A stretch of DNA of 64,000 bases from Acidobacteriota bacterium (GTDB lineage Bacteria; Acidobacteriota; UBA6911), in contig OY761556.1 of the NCBI GenBank assembly GCA_963664705.1, positions 3,104,001 through 3,168,000 on the forward strand, in the 5' to 3' direction. The position numbers and the translations under genes are program-made. Below are positions 41,146 through 51,121 of the stretch, one piece after another. The notes under the pieces were generated by a model that did no database searches, was not told the origin of the DNA, and was given only the letters and a program-made list of their open reading frames with translations. The stretch's first letter is position 1; each line of letters opens with the position of its first letter.

Positions 41146-42510
41146 ATGAAACAGATACGAATTGGTGGAGCATTGGGCTATTGGGGCGATCGCAATGACG
41201 CCTTGATCGATCTGCTTACAGGGGGCCCCCTGGACTACGTCATTATGGATTACCTGGCGGAAGTCACAATGTCGATCCTGCAGAAGCAGGTCGGCCGAAA
41301 GGGGGGACCCGGATATCCACACGATTTCATCCCGCTTATGCGGGAAGCGCTGCCTCTGCTGCACAAGCACCGGGTCCGCCTTATCACCGATGCCGGAGGG
41401 CTTGATCCACAGGGACTCGCGGAAGCCCTGCGATCCGAAGCAAAGGAATGCGGCTGGCCGGACATCAGGATCGGCGTTGTTTATGGCGACGACCTCATGC
41501 CCTGCCTGTCTGAGTTCTCCGACCAGGGAATCGAATTCCGGCATTTCGATAGGGGCGCTCCGCAAAACGAAATCCCTGGAAGGATAACCTCGGCGAATGC
41601 CTATTTTGGGGCATTTCCCATCGCAAACGCTTTGGCCATGGGTGCCGATCTGGTCGTTACCGGCCGCGTCAATGATGCAGCGCTTGCACTCGGCCCCCTG
41701 ATTCACGAATTCAAGTGGAAGCCGGACGATTACGATCTGCTGGCAAAAGGCACCATTGCGGGACACCTCCTTGAATGCGGAGGCCAGGCTTCCGGGGGCA
41801 ATTACAATAAAGCCTGGCAGGATGTTCCGGATCTGGACCGCCTTGCCTTCCCCATCGGCGAGATTAGTGAAGATGGCAGCCTGATCATGACGATACACCC
41901 GGGACAAGGCGGATGTATCACACCGGCTCTGCTCAAAGAGCAGCTTCTGTACGAAATCGGGGACCCGTCAGCCTATATTGTGGCCGATGTGGTCTGTGAT
42001 ATCACCGATTTGGAAATGGAGGATCTCGGGCAGAATCGAGTTCGAGTCATCGGAACGAAAGGACACCCGCCTACTTCCACCTATAAAGTGTCGATGAGCT
42101 ATGAAGGGGGATACCGGATTGCGGTCGGGCTCATCTACAGTTGGCCGGATTGCGTTGCGAAGGCAAAGGCAAGCTCCGAGATAGTATTGAAGCGGCTTGC
42201 GAAACTGGGAATCCGCTACCGGGACGTTCTGGTATCGATATTTGGCAGCAACGCCCTGCATGGCCATATGTCCCATGCCATCGATGATCCGAATGAGGTG
42301 TATCTGCGGATGGCTTTTGTTGTCGATGATGCGGACACGGCAGAACGAATCTCCCGCGAGATGATTACGCATGTGCTTTGCGGGATACCCACCAGTTGCC
42401 TGCCGGACATCGTGCGGCCCTCACCGCAGAAGCAAATCATTTACTGGCCCAGTTTGATTCCAAAATCGGCGGTAGGGCCGACAGTAAAAATCATCGGAGG
42501 TCCGCAATGA
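41146..42510 (+). CDS. Acyclic terpene utilization AtuA family protein (N-terminal part)
   Basis: GYWGD, DYLAEVTM, SANAYFG, GHLLECG, EQLLYEI. Confidence 0.88.
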   Translation: MKQIRIGGALGYWGDRNDALIDLLTGGPLDYVIMDYLAEVTMSILQKQVGRKGGPGYPHDFIPLMREALPLLHKHRVRLITDAGGLDPQGLAEALRSEAKECGWPDIRIGVVYGDDLMPCLSEFSDQGIEFRHFDRGAPQNEIPGRITSANAYFGAFPIANALAMGADLVVTGRVNDAALALGPLIHEFKWKPDDYDLLAKGTIAGHLLECGGQASGGNYNKAWQDVPDLDRLAFPIGEISEDGSLIMTIHPGQGGCITPALLKEQLLYEIGDPSAYIVADVVCDITDLEMEDLGQNRVRVIGTKGHPPTSTYKVSMSYEGGYRIAVGLIYSWPDCVAKAKASSEIVLKRLAKLGIRYRDVLVSIFGSNALHGHMSHAIDDPNEVYLRMAFVVDDADTAERISREMITHVLCGIPTSCLPDIVRPSPQKQIIYWPSLIPKSAVGPTVKIIGGPQ

Positions 42511-42833
42511 AGGAAGTAGCTCTATTCAAGCTGGCTCACGGACGAAGCGGAGACAAAGGGGACACCGTCAACTGCGGCATCATTGCCAGAAGGCCTGAAT
42601 ACTACGACATCCTTGTCCACGAAGTTACGGCGGAACGCGTAAAAGCCCATTTTGGGAGTTTTTGCAAAGGAACAGTCACCCGATACGAACTGCCCAAAAT
42701 ACAAGCGCTCAATTTTGTTCTCACTCAAACGCTCGGCGGGGGAGGAACGGTATCCCTGCGTCTCGATCCTCAGGGAAAAACCTATGCGGCAGCCTTGATG
42801 CGTATGAAAGTGCGTATCCCGGACGAAAAATAA
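42507..42833 (+). CDS. AtuA-related small protein (C-terminal domain)
   Basis: AHGRSGDKGD, LGGGG..SLRLDPQGKT; ATGA overlap with the upstream gene. Confidence 0.85.
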   Translation: MKEVALFKLAHGRSGDKGDTVNCGIIARRPEYYDILVHEVTAERVKAHFGSFCKGTVTRYELPKIQALNFVLTQTLGGGGTVSLRLDPQGKTYAAALMRMKVRIPDEK

Positions 42834-42880
42834 TTCGAAGGGAAAGCCGCCGCACCCGGTCCTCGGAAAAAAAATGGAGA

Positions 42881-44041
42881 TCATGCCTTCAAAAGCTTGG
42901 AGCGCAGGATCTCATCTTTTGCAATGTCGATGGCCGTCCAGGCCATGGCCAATGCACCGTCATTCACCGCTTTATCCGCCGACGCACTGATGCAGTGCGC
43001 GGTAAATTCCCGCTGATGATTGACGGCCGGCATGGAATCGATCCCGATCATCGGGTGAATGGATGGAATCACGAGCGATATATTCCCCATATCGGTGGAG
43101 GCAGCCGATTTTTGCGCTTCCGCTCCCAGGGGTGGGAACGCCCGGCCCAGGGCTTCGGAGTTGTTTCGATAGTAAGCCGCTATCTCCAGGTTGTGAATCA
43201 TATGGGAATACGGTTTGTCGCCTCCGATAATTCTCATCCTGGATCCCGTGGCCAGAGCTCCCGCTTCGAAACATTTGTAAACACGCGGCCGCAGCTTTTC
43301 CAGGTCCGCAGTCGTCTCACCGCGAACGATATAGCGCGCCCGCGTCAGCGCCGGTATCACGTTGGGAGCCTCTCCGCCGTTTGTGATGATTCCGTGAATC
43401 CTGTCCGTGGGCAGAATGTGCTGGCGCAACAGGCCGATTGCAGTTTGTGCAATGGTGAGTGCATCAGCGGCGTTGATGCCGTGCTCCGGGTAAGCGGATG
43501 CATGTGCCTCCTTTCCAACATATTCAACCTCAAACATGGACGCAGCGATCACCTTGGGGGTCAAAAGGTTAAAGGGTGAGGGATGAATCATCATGGCCGC
43601 ATGGATGCCGGCAAATCCACCTCTTTCGAGCAAAAGGATCTTTCCCCCGGCATTCCCCAGTTCCTCGGCAGGAGTTCCAATCACGGAAACTGTCATTCCG
43701 ACATCGTCGGCTGCGGCGGATGCGGCAATCCCGGCTCCAACGGCAGCCCCGGCGATGATGTTATGGCCACAGGCGTGCCCGATTGCGGGCAGCGCATCGT
43801 ATTCGGCACAAATCGCCACATGAAGAGGTCCTCTGCCTGCAGTCGCGATAAAGGCCGTCGGCAGATCGCAGATGCCTGTCTTCACGCTGAAACCCGCTTC
43901 GCGCAAAAGCTCGCAAATCCAGGCTGCCGACTTCACCTCTTCAAAGCCGATTTCGGGATTGCCGTGGATCCGGTGACTTAAATCGATGATGCGTTTCTGG
44001 AATTGATCGTACTTTGCCCGAGCTGCAGATTTTGCCTCCAC
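42881..44041 (-). CDS. M20 family amidohydrolase
   Basis: PEIGFEE, EYDAL..HACGHN, GTPAEE, STDMGN. Confidence 0.92.
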   Translation of the reverse strand: MEAKSAARAKYDQFQKRIIDLSHRIHGNPEIGFEEVKSAAWICELLREAGFSVKTGICDLPTAFIATAGRGPLHVAICAEYDALPAIGHACGHNIIAGAAVGAGIAASAAADDVGMTVSVIGTPAEELGNAGGKILLLERGGFAGIHAAMMIHPSPFNLLTPKVIAASMFEVEYVGKEAHASAYPEHGINAADALTIAQTAIGLLRQHILPTDRIHGIITNGGEAPNVIPALTRARYIVRGETTADLEKLRPRVYKCFEAGALATGSRMRIIGGDKPYSHMIHNLEIAAYYRNNSEALGRAFPPLGAEAQKSAASTDMGNISLVIPSIHPMIGIDSMPAVNHQREFTAHCISASADKAVNDGALAMAWTAIDIAKDEILRSKLLKA

Positions 44042-44195
44042 TATCCACTCTCCTTTTCACTCCGACCTTCCCAATATTACTACAGGAATGCAAGGATTCT
44101 CTGCCGGAGCTTCAACCAATTTTGGCCAGGCATGTAAAGTCCCTCAAACTTTTCATTCCGTTGTATTAAAATGGTGCGTCTCAGGAGAGTACGCA

Positions 44196-45218
44196 ATGTT
44201 AGTGATAATGAAATCGCATGCTACAAAAGAAGAGGTTGACGCAGTCTGCCGTAAGATTGAGTCCTTGGGGTACAAACCGCATCCCATTCCCGGCAGCACC
44301 CGGACGGCAATCGGCATAACCGGGAACCAGGGACAGATTGAGGCGGCGGCGCTGGAATCCCTCTCGGGAGTCGGGGAGTGCGTTCCGGTTTCCAAGCCCT
44401 ACAAACTCGTTGGCCGCGAGCTGAAGGAAGACAAAACCATTGTTGATTTAGGAGATGGAGTACGCATCGGGGGCAGGGAGCTTGCGATTATCGCCGGGCC
44501 ATGCGCGGTGGAAAGCCGCGAGCAGACACGGGCGGTGGCGGAAAAGGTCGCGGCTGCAGGAGCAAAGCTCTTGCGCGGAGGCGCCTACAAGCCTCGCACA
44601 TCGCCGTACAGTTTTCAGGGCCTGGCAGAAGAGGGCTTGAAGATCCTTGCGGAAGTTCGTCGTGATTTCGGATTGAAGATCGTTACGGAAGCCATCGATG
44701 TTGAAAGCCTGGATCTGGTGGAGCGCTACAGCGATATGATCCAGATCGGGGCCAGGAATATGCAGAACTTTTCGCTTTTGAAGAGAGCCGGCCGATCGAA
44801 AACGCCCGTGCTTTTGAAGCGCGGGATTTCGGCTACCCTGGATGAGTTGCTGATGGCGGCGGAGTACATCCTTTCTGAGGGCAACTATAACGTGGTTCTG
44901 TGCGAGCGCGGCATCCGAACCTTCACGGATCATACTCGGAACACCCTGGATCTCAGCGTAATTCCAGCCGTCCAGCGGCTGAGCCATTTGCCAATCATCG
45001 TGGACCCCAGCCATGGCACAGGCCGCAGGGAGAAAGTCATCCCGCTCTCGCGCGCCGCCATTGCGGTGGGGGCGGACGGGCTGATGATCGAGGTGCACGA
45101 TCAGCCTGAAGAAGCCTTATCGGATGGCAACCAATCCATACAGCCGCCGGAATTCCGGCAGTTGATGTCCGAAATATCGCAGATTGCATCCGTCGTCGGC
45201 AGATCGATGATGCGCTGA
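44196..45218 (+). CDS. aroF: DAHP synthase type I-beta with N-terminal regulatory domain
   Basis: [32 protein letters not shown]; start MLVIMK after AGGAG. Confidence 0.94.
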   Translation: MLVIMKSHATKEEVDAVCRKIESLGYKPHPIPGSTRTAIGITGNQGQIEAAALESLSGVGECVPVSKPYKLVGRELKEDKTIVDLGDGVRIGGRELAIIAGPCAVESREQTRAVAEKVAAAGAKLLRGGAYKPRTSPYSFQGLAEEGLKILAEVRRDFGLKIVTEAIDVESLDLVERYSDMIQIGARNMQNFSLLKRAGRSKTPVLLKRGISATLDELLMAAEYILSEGNYNVVLCERGIRTFTDHTRNTLDLSVIPAVQRLSHLPIIVDPSHGTGRREKVIPLSRAAIAVGADGLMIEVHDQPEEALSDGNQSIQPPEFRQLMSEISQIASVVGRSMMR

Positions 45219-45363
45219 TTGCGGAGCACTGCCGGCAGATTTTCCAGCAGTCAACAAGGGTACGGAATTGGCGCCGATAATGCGAAACGCCGGCAACAGC
45301 CAATACCCAAATATGTAAGCGGGCAGCTTGATCAGCCGCACCAAGGATTCGTATTGCGGAGCA
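45218..45363. other. Intergenic segment bounded by 11-bp direct repeats
   Basis: ATTGCGGAGCA at 45218-45228 and 45353-45363. Confidence 0.55.
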
Positions 45364-45366
45364 GGC

Positions 45367-46272
45367 ATGAATATTCTGGTTTCCGGATCCACAGGGCTCA
45401 TCGGTTCCGAATTGGTTTCTTTTCTTTCCGCGAACCAGCACCAGGTGCTCCGGCTGGTTCGTCATCCCGACACTAGGCCGGGTGAAATTTACTGGGATCC
45501 GAATGCCGGAGTGCTGAATCCTCAATCGCTCGAAGGTATCGATGCCGTTGTTCATCTCGCCGGAGAAAATCTTGCAGCCGGGCGATGGACTGTTGAGAGA
45601 AAACGACGAATCCGGGAGAGCCGCATCAAAGGCACGCAACTCCTGGCTCAAACGATGGCTCGCCTTTTTGATCCCCCAAAGGTCCTGGTCAGTGTTTCAG
45701 CCGTCGGCTATTACGGCGACAGGGGTGACGAGCGACTGGATGAGGAAAGCGATCCGGGAACAGGTTTTCTTCCGGATCTATGCCGCCAGTGGGAAGCCGC
45801 AACACAAGCGGCGATGCTGCGGGGGATTCGCGTGGTCATCCCGAGAGTTGGAATGGTTCTGAGCCCCAAAGGAGGAGCCTTGCCATTGATGCTTCCGGTA
45901 TTCCGACTGGGAATCGGCGGCAGGCTCGGCTCGGGACGACAGTTCATGAGTTGGATTTCGCTGGAAGACATGGTGGGGGTAATTCATCACGTCATGAATA
46001 ATCATTTTCTGCAGGGCCCCGTTAATGCGGTATCGCCCAATCCTGTAACGAACCGCGAGTTCACACAAACGTTGGCCGCCGCTCTTTCACGGCCATCGCC
46101 GTTCGTGCTCCCCTCTTTCGCTGCACGACTCGCTTTTGGAGAAATGGCCGACGAGGCGCTTCTCGCAAGTACAAGAGTTTACCCGGAACGCTTAAAGCAA
46201 TCGGGCTTCAAGTTTCAATTTCCGGATCTGGACAGTGCCTTACGGCAAAGCCTGCAAAAAAAAACGGCGTGA
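45367..46272 (+). CDS. TIGR01777/YfcH-type NAD-dependent epimerase family protein
   Basis: ILVSGSTGLIG, HLAGE, SAVGYYG, GSGRQFMSWI, GPVNAVSP. Confidence 0.92.
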   Translation: MNILVSGSTGLIGSELVSFLSANQHQVLRLVRHPDTRPGEIYWDPNAGVLNPQSLEGIDAVVHLAGENLAAGRWTVERKRRIRESRIKGTQLLAQTMARLFDPPKVLVSVSAVGYYGDRGDERLDEESDPGTGFLPDLCRQWEAATQAAMLRGIRVVIPRVGMVLSPKGGALPLMLPVFRLGIGGRLGSGRQFMSWISLEDMVGVIHHVMNNHFLQGPVNAVSPNPVTNREFTQTLAAALSRPSPFVLPSFAARLAFGEMADEALLASTRVYPERLKQSGFKFQFPDLDSALRQSLQKKTA

Positions 46273-46284
46273 GGGATCCTACCA

Positions 46285-46956
46285 TTGGCTCGATTGCAAC
46301 GAACCCCTGCCTCCTCTTTGCCCGATGCCAGACTTTTGTTCGACCCGATCACTCTCGGCCTGCGTGAATTCCCACGAAAGTTTTTTCGTCAGGATACGGT
46401 AACGATTGCCAAAGCGCTTATCGGAACGCTGCTGGCCCGCAAACATGAAGGCCGCTGGTACGGCGCCCGCATTGTTGAAACCGAGGCCTATCTCGGCGCA
46501 GGTGATGCGGCGGCGCATTCCTGGAAGGGGCGCAGAACGCCGCGCGTCGAACCGATGTATATGGATGGAGGACATCTCTACGTCTTTCTCGTTTATGGAA
46601 TGCACTCCTGCGCAAATATTGTAACCAGGCCGGAAGGCATTGGTGAAGCCGTTCTGCTAAGGGCCGCAGAAGCTCCATTCGGGCCGCAGGGAAGACTTCT
46701 GAGCGGCCCGGGCAAGTTGTGCGCAGCGCTCGGCATCACGGTAGCCTATACAGGCATTGACCTGCTTGCGCCGGGAGACCTGCGACTGTTTCAGGGAGAT
46801 GGCAGGGATATAAAGATAGGAACATCGCGTCGAATCGGAGTCGAGTACGCAGGAGAAGCGGCTGATTGGCAATTGCGCTTTTATGACACTGATTCCGGTG
46901 CGGTTTCCGGACCGCGTCGTCTGCGCAGCAACCCTGATCCCTGCCGGGACGGCTAA
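46285..46956 (+). CDS. mpg: 3-methyladenine DNA glycosylase (AAG/MPG family)
   Basis: IVETEAY, YVFLVYGMH, AVLLRA, GPGKLC, RIGV; start uncertain. Confidence 0.9.
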   Translation: MARLQRTPASSLPDARLLFDPITLGLREFPRKFFRQDTVTIAKALIGTLLARKHEGRWYGARIVETEAYLGAGDAAAHSWKGRRTPRVEPMYMDGGHLYVFLVYGMHSCANIVTRPEGIGEAVLLRAAEAPFGPQGRLLSGPGKLCAALGITVAYTGIDLLAPGDLRLFQGDGRDIKIGTSRRIGVEYAGEAADWQLRFYDTDSGAVSGPRRLRSNPDPCRDG

Positions 46957-46991
46957 TGCTGCATGATATCTGCTCAAGGACAATGCATATC

Positions 46992-47220
46992 AGCCCCGAG
47001 GCCTGAAGGGGCGGCAGAATTCCCATCTTTCGCCCTTCATAGAAGGGCTCTTTCTCGCGCTTGTCTATACCAGGGGTTCGCTGCGCTTCACCCCTGGCCA
47101 CTTGCTGATCGCCCTGCCGGGGCTGGTTGCTGGCCTGATCCAATCCGGGCGGTCGCTTTAGCCCTGGGCTACTCTCTTTCGGCCTTCCAGAGCCTGGTGC
47201 CCCACTCGCGCCGCAGGGCT
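46992..47220. repeat. Composite REP-like palindrome cluster between convergent genes
   Basis: TGAAGGGGCG/CGCCCTTCA, CCAGGGGT/ACCCCTGG, CCGGGC/GCCCTGG and AGCCCCG/CGGGGCT pairings. Confidence 0.65.
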
Positions 47221-47291
47221 CAGAACAAATATTATGCAGCATTGGCCGGGACGGCGGCGCTCCCTTTGTGGACTCGATTCGTTCGGTGGTT

Positions 47292-47735
47292 CTAAAGAGT
47301 GATTCTACCGTCGGAACGAAAAGCCGACTTGATATCCTCCATCAGTTCTTCCGCACTCCTGAATCCCAAAATCCGATCCACTTCACGACCGGAGGAATCC
47401 AGGAGAATCAGCGTGGGAAACCCATCGATCCCATATCGCCGAGCCAACCGGTTTCCCTGGGGATCCGTGTCTTGAAACACTCGGACCAATACATAGCTTT
47501 GTGAAAACTTGATGAACTCCCTATCCGGATAGACCTCACGGGCCATTCTTCGGCACTGCGGTCACCAGCTTGCCGAAATATCCAGGATAATGGACTTCTT
47601 TTCCCTGGCAGCCTGCTTCAGAGCATCGTCGAAATTCTTGACCCAGGCAACCTGAGCAACCGCTACTCCCTGGCACAATACCAGCAGCACGAATACAATC
47701 GAAAGCAACTGTCGGCTCCTGCAAAACGGATGCAT
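47292..47735 (-). CDS. Exported thioredoxin-fold selenoprotein (W-U-P-Q-C active site)
   Basis: GGGAGG SD and ATG at 47735; signal peptide; in-frame TGA (47562-47564) at codon 58 in SASW-U-PQC; frame continues into ORF 47292-47546 with the GFPTL cis-Pro motif. Confidence 0.9.
47529..47546 (-). promoter_or_regulatory. Candidate bacterial SECIS hairpin
   Basis: AUGGCC-CGUGA-GGUC(U)AU; apical loop begins after a 21-nt spacer from the UGA, with G in the second loop position. Confidence 0.6.
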
Positions 47736-47756
47736 CTTAACCTCCCACCGGCATTT

Positions 47757-49268
47757 CTATTTCGGGTACACCATTGTCAACGGGTCCGGAAGCGGAATAC
47801 GAGTGATCTTGCCTGTTGATATTTTCTGAAACGAATATTCCGGCTTGTCCGGATTGCCTTTGATCATGTCATCGACATTCCCGACCGCCAATATTACAAG
47901 CTTATCAGGATGCAGATACGCATTCGCGACCCTCTGGACATCCGCTATTGTAACAGCCTTCACCTTATCCCGGTATGTATCCCAATAATCAGGAGCACGT
48001 CCCGTGAACTCATCGCGCGCAAAGGTATCGGCTATGGCAGACGCGGATGCAAATAGCCTTGGAAAAACTTCGATCGCCTGATTCTTGACAATCTCCAGTT
48101 CCTCCGCGGAAACCTTTTCGTCGCGGATTTTTCGAATCTCCTCGAGGACAATCTGGGCAGCCTGGGCAGCGGTTGCACTTTTGCTTTGAAACGCGGCGCA
48201 GAATTGGCCTTCATAATAAACGCCGGCCGAATAGGCCGAACCAGCGTCATATGCCAGCCCCTCATCAGAGCGCACGCGGTTCATAATGCGGGAAGAAAAT
48301 CCGGATCCACCCAAAATTTCATTCATCATGTCGATGGCATATTCATCCGGATTGCCTCTCATGATCCCAAGGTGTCCGATCGATACGCGTCCCTGATTGA
48401 CATCCGGTTTGTTCACCATATAGATGCCGGGGACAGGGGTGAAGTCCGGTTTCGGCACTGCCGGCACAGAGCCGTTCGTGTTCGGCCATCCCGCCATGGC
48501 CTTTTCCAGCTTTGCCTTCATCTCGGCGGTTTTAAAATCCCCGGAGACAGCCAGAATCATATTGCCGGGGTGATAGTAGCGCTTGTGAAAGCTGATCAGA
48601 TCCTCCCTGGTCAGCGAAGAGATGGAGTTCTTTGTACTGTATCTGGTTGAGAAGTGCTTTTCTCCGCGAAGCAGGCGATTCCACTCCCGGAACTCAATAT
48701 CTTCGGTTCGATCATTGCGGCGCTCGATGGACTGGAGCACCTGGCTTTTATAAAGATCCAATCGGTCCTGCTGGAATGCAGGGTTTTGAAGCATATCAAA
48801 GAAAAGCGCCAGGGCTTTATCCGCGTCCTTTGCCATAAAGTTGATGGAAGCGTTGCCCGAAGTCGCACTAATGGAACTGGTAATTGTCGCGGCGAGAAAA
48901 TCAGTTTCTTCATCAAAGGCCGCGGCATCATATTTGGCAGTTCCTCCGGATCGCATCTGGTTGGCCGTTGTGGCACTCAGTCCTTCTTTCCCCGCCGGAT
49001 CCAGGTAACTGCCGGTGTGAAACATTACCAATACATTCACCAACGGCAGATCGTGATCTTCCACAAAGTAGCCAACCGCGCCGTTATTGAGCACCTGTCG
49101 AAAGGCGGATGCCTTTGGAGGCGTGTACGGTAAAGAGGGATATTTGAGTTCACGGGGATGGGCAGGGATTGGATTCCGGCGAACTGTCTGGCTGAGGCAG
49201 AGGGAACCGGCGATAAGACAGCAGACGATCAAAATAGAAACACCCTGGATTCTCGTATGCCGATGCAT
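47757..49268 (-). CDS. M16B peptidase, non-catalytic subunit
   Basis: Signal peptide, no HxxEH, LGGSGFSSR..VR...GLAY motif. Confidence 0.9.
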   Translation of the reverse strand: MHRHTRIQGVSILIVCCLIAGSLCLSQTVRRNPIPAHPRELKYPSLPYTPPKASAFRQVLNNGAVGYFVEDHDLPLVNVLVMFHTGSYLDPAGKEGLSATTANQMRSGGTAKYDAAAFDEETDFLAATITSSISATSGNASINFMAKDADKALALFFDMLQNPAFQQDRLDLYKSQVLQSIERRNDRTEDIEFREWNRLLRGEKHFSTRYSTKNSISSLTREDLISFHKRYYHPGNMILAVSGDFKTAEMKAKLEKAMAGWPNTNGSVPAVPKPDFTPVPGIYMVNKPDVNQGRVSIGHLGIMRGNPDEYAIDMMNEILGGSGFSSRIMNRVRSDEGLAYDAGSAYSAGVYYEGQFCAAFQSKSATAAQAAQIVLEEIRKIRDEKVSAEELEIVKNQAIEVFPRLFASASAIADTFARDEFTGRAPDYWDTYRDKVKAVTIADVQRVANAYLHPDKLVILAVGNVDDMIKGNPDKPEYSFQKISTGKITRIPLPDPLTMVYPK

Positions 49269-50992
49269 TATTTCCCTCCGTTCTGAATTTTTGCCTGCAG
49301 CAGTTTGGATAGAGCTTCCACAAAATTCTTCTTGTCGGGAGGTGCGGAGTCCCGCTGCGATTCCAGCTTTTGCAGGATCGCTTTTGCCTCATCCATGGGC
49401 ATCTGAGCCAGCGCCTGCTTAAGCTGACGGACTTGCACTTTTTCCTGTTCACTCAAACCCGTAAGCAGCGGATCCTCTCCTTCGCCGGACTCCGATTTCC
49501 TGGTGTAGTACAACGCCACCGTGCGATTTTCGGGCTTGAAGTACTGATTGGCGACTCGCTGAACGTCTTCTGCAGTAACGGCGGCCAGCTTTGGGGGATC
49601 CTCGTTAAAGCTCTGCCACCCTCGGTTGCTTTCGGCCAGAAGCATCTGCAACATCAGATAAAACCGGCTCTCCAGTTTCCGGTAGTTATCCGCCGCAAAC
49701 TGGTTTTTTACCTTCTGCAGTTCTCTCTCTCCCACCTTTTCTTTTTGAAGCTTTTCGATCTCCCGGTAAAGCGCCTGCTCCACGATTTCGGGAGTGCTCC
49801 CGGGCTTGGCCACTCCTCCGAGCGAAAAATAGCCTTCCCACTTCATTCCATTCTGGCCCGCCGAGGCGCTGTTGGCGATCTTCTGGTCAAGCACGAGAGA
49901 TTTGTACAGCCGTCCGGTTTTTCCATTCAACAAAGCGCCCAGCACAACCAGCGCCGGCTCATTAACATGACCATCCGCCACCGAGTGATATCGGATCTCG
50001 ACTTCCGGATTGGTTTCCGCATACGCGATCATTCGCTTTTCCGCCATCTGCTCTACTTCCCGAGTCCTCACGGGGGGCTGCGGTTGCGGGTTTCGCTTCA
50101 GCCGGCCGAAATATCGATCGGCCAATTGCCGGGCCCGGGCGGGGTCAAAATCCCCGACCAGACAAGCGCTGACGTTATTGGGAGCATAATTCAACGCGAA
50201 GTAATCAAGAGCTTCCTGCCGGGTCAAACCGCTCAGATCGCTGGGCCAACCCACCACAGGCCAGGAATAGGGCGACGATGTCCAGAAAAGCGCGTTAAAC
50301 TGCTCATCAAATTTGCCGGTGGGAGTGCTGTCGGTCCGCATCCGTCTCTCTTCGAATACAACATCCCGCTCGGAGTAGAATTCACGAAAAACGGGATTAA
50401 GCAGTCGGTCGGATTCCATCCAGAACCACAGCTCCAGTTTGTTGGCCGGAACATTTATGAAATAAACGGTGTAATCTTCAGATGTTCCCGCGTTCAGGCT
50501 GCTGGCTCCCGCATTCGTATAAATCCTGTCGAATTCGTTTTGTACGATCAGGCTTTTGCTTTCTTTTTCAATCTTGTCCAATTCCTGCAAAAGCTCATTG
50601 TGACGGGCAGTGCGGTTCTTCGGATCCTGCAGATCCGAAATTTCTCCGAGCCGCAGGCGTTTGATCTGCGCCTGCTCTTCTTTCCGAATCTCGGCCTTTA
50701 CGGAATCCATCTGCGCCATCAGCGCCAGGTCTTTTTGAATATCCCGCGTCCCGATGACATGAGTGCCTTTGAACATCATGTGTTCAAAGAGATGCGACAG
50801 CCCGGTTATCCCCGGACGTTCGTTGACCGAGCCGACCTTCGCCACCCAGCCCGCCGCAATATTGGGATCTCCCTTTTTAGGAATCATCAGCAGCTTCAGC
50901 CCGTTGGGCAGGACGTATTCCTGAACAGAGACCTGCTGCGCCCAAATCACCGGAGACAGAAGAAACACCCAGAGAACAACGAATCGCTTCAT
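49268..50992 (-). CDS. M16B zinc peptidase, catalytic subunit
   Basis: Signal peptide, GLSHLFEHMMFKG (HxxEH), NAGT, EERRMR; contains a helical insertion. Confidence 0.93.
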   Translation of the reverse strand: MKRFVVLWVFLLSPVIWAQQVSVQEYVLPNGLKLLMIPKKGDPNIAAGWVAKVGSVNERPGITGLSHLFEHMMFKGTHVIGTRDIQKDLALMAQMDSVKAEIRKEEQAQIKRLRLGEISDLQDPKNRTARHNELLQELDKIEKESKSLIVQNEFDRIYTNAGASSLNAGTSEDYTVYFINVPANKLELWFWMESDRLLNPVFREFYSERDVVFEERRMRTDSTPTGKFDEQFNALFWTSSPYSWPVVGWPSDLSGLTRQEALDYFALNYAPNNVSACLVGDFDPARARQLADRYFGRLKRNPQPQPPVRTREVEQMAEKRMIAYAETNPEVEIRYHSVADGHVNEPALVVLGALLNGKTGRLYKSLVLDQKIANSASAGQNGMKWEGYFSLGGVAKPGSTPEIVEQALYREIEKLQKEKVGERELQKVKNQFAADNYRKLESRFYLMLQMLLAESNRGWQSFNEDPPKLAAVTAEDVQRVANQYFKPENRTVALYYTRKSESGEGEDPLLTGLSEQEKVQVRQLKQALAQMPMDEAKAILQKLESQRDSAPPDKKNFVEALSKLLQAKIQNGGK

Positions 50993-51121
50993 ATCTACTC
51001 TCCATACAGTTCACTTAAATTTACTTTAACTGCAGCAGGATACAAGGAGGTGTTGGCTTTCAGGCTGCCGGTCGCAAAAGCAACCGCTGCAATCGGCAGC
51101 CCGAAGCCGGAAAACCGGGCA

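Noticed and set aside
47536-47724. 62-aa ORF suggesting a frameshifted or pseudogenised thioredoxin
   Set aside because: Wrong frame; the true frame runs from 47735 through an in-frame TGA at the catalytic position and needs no frameshift
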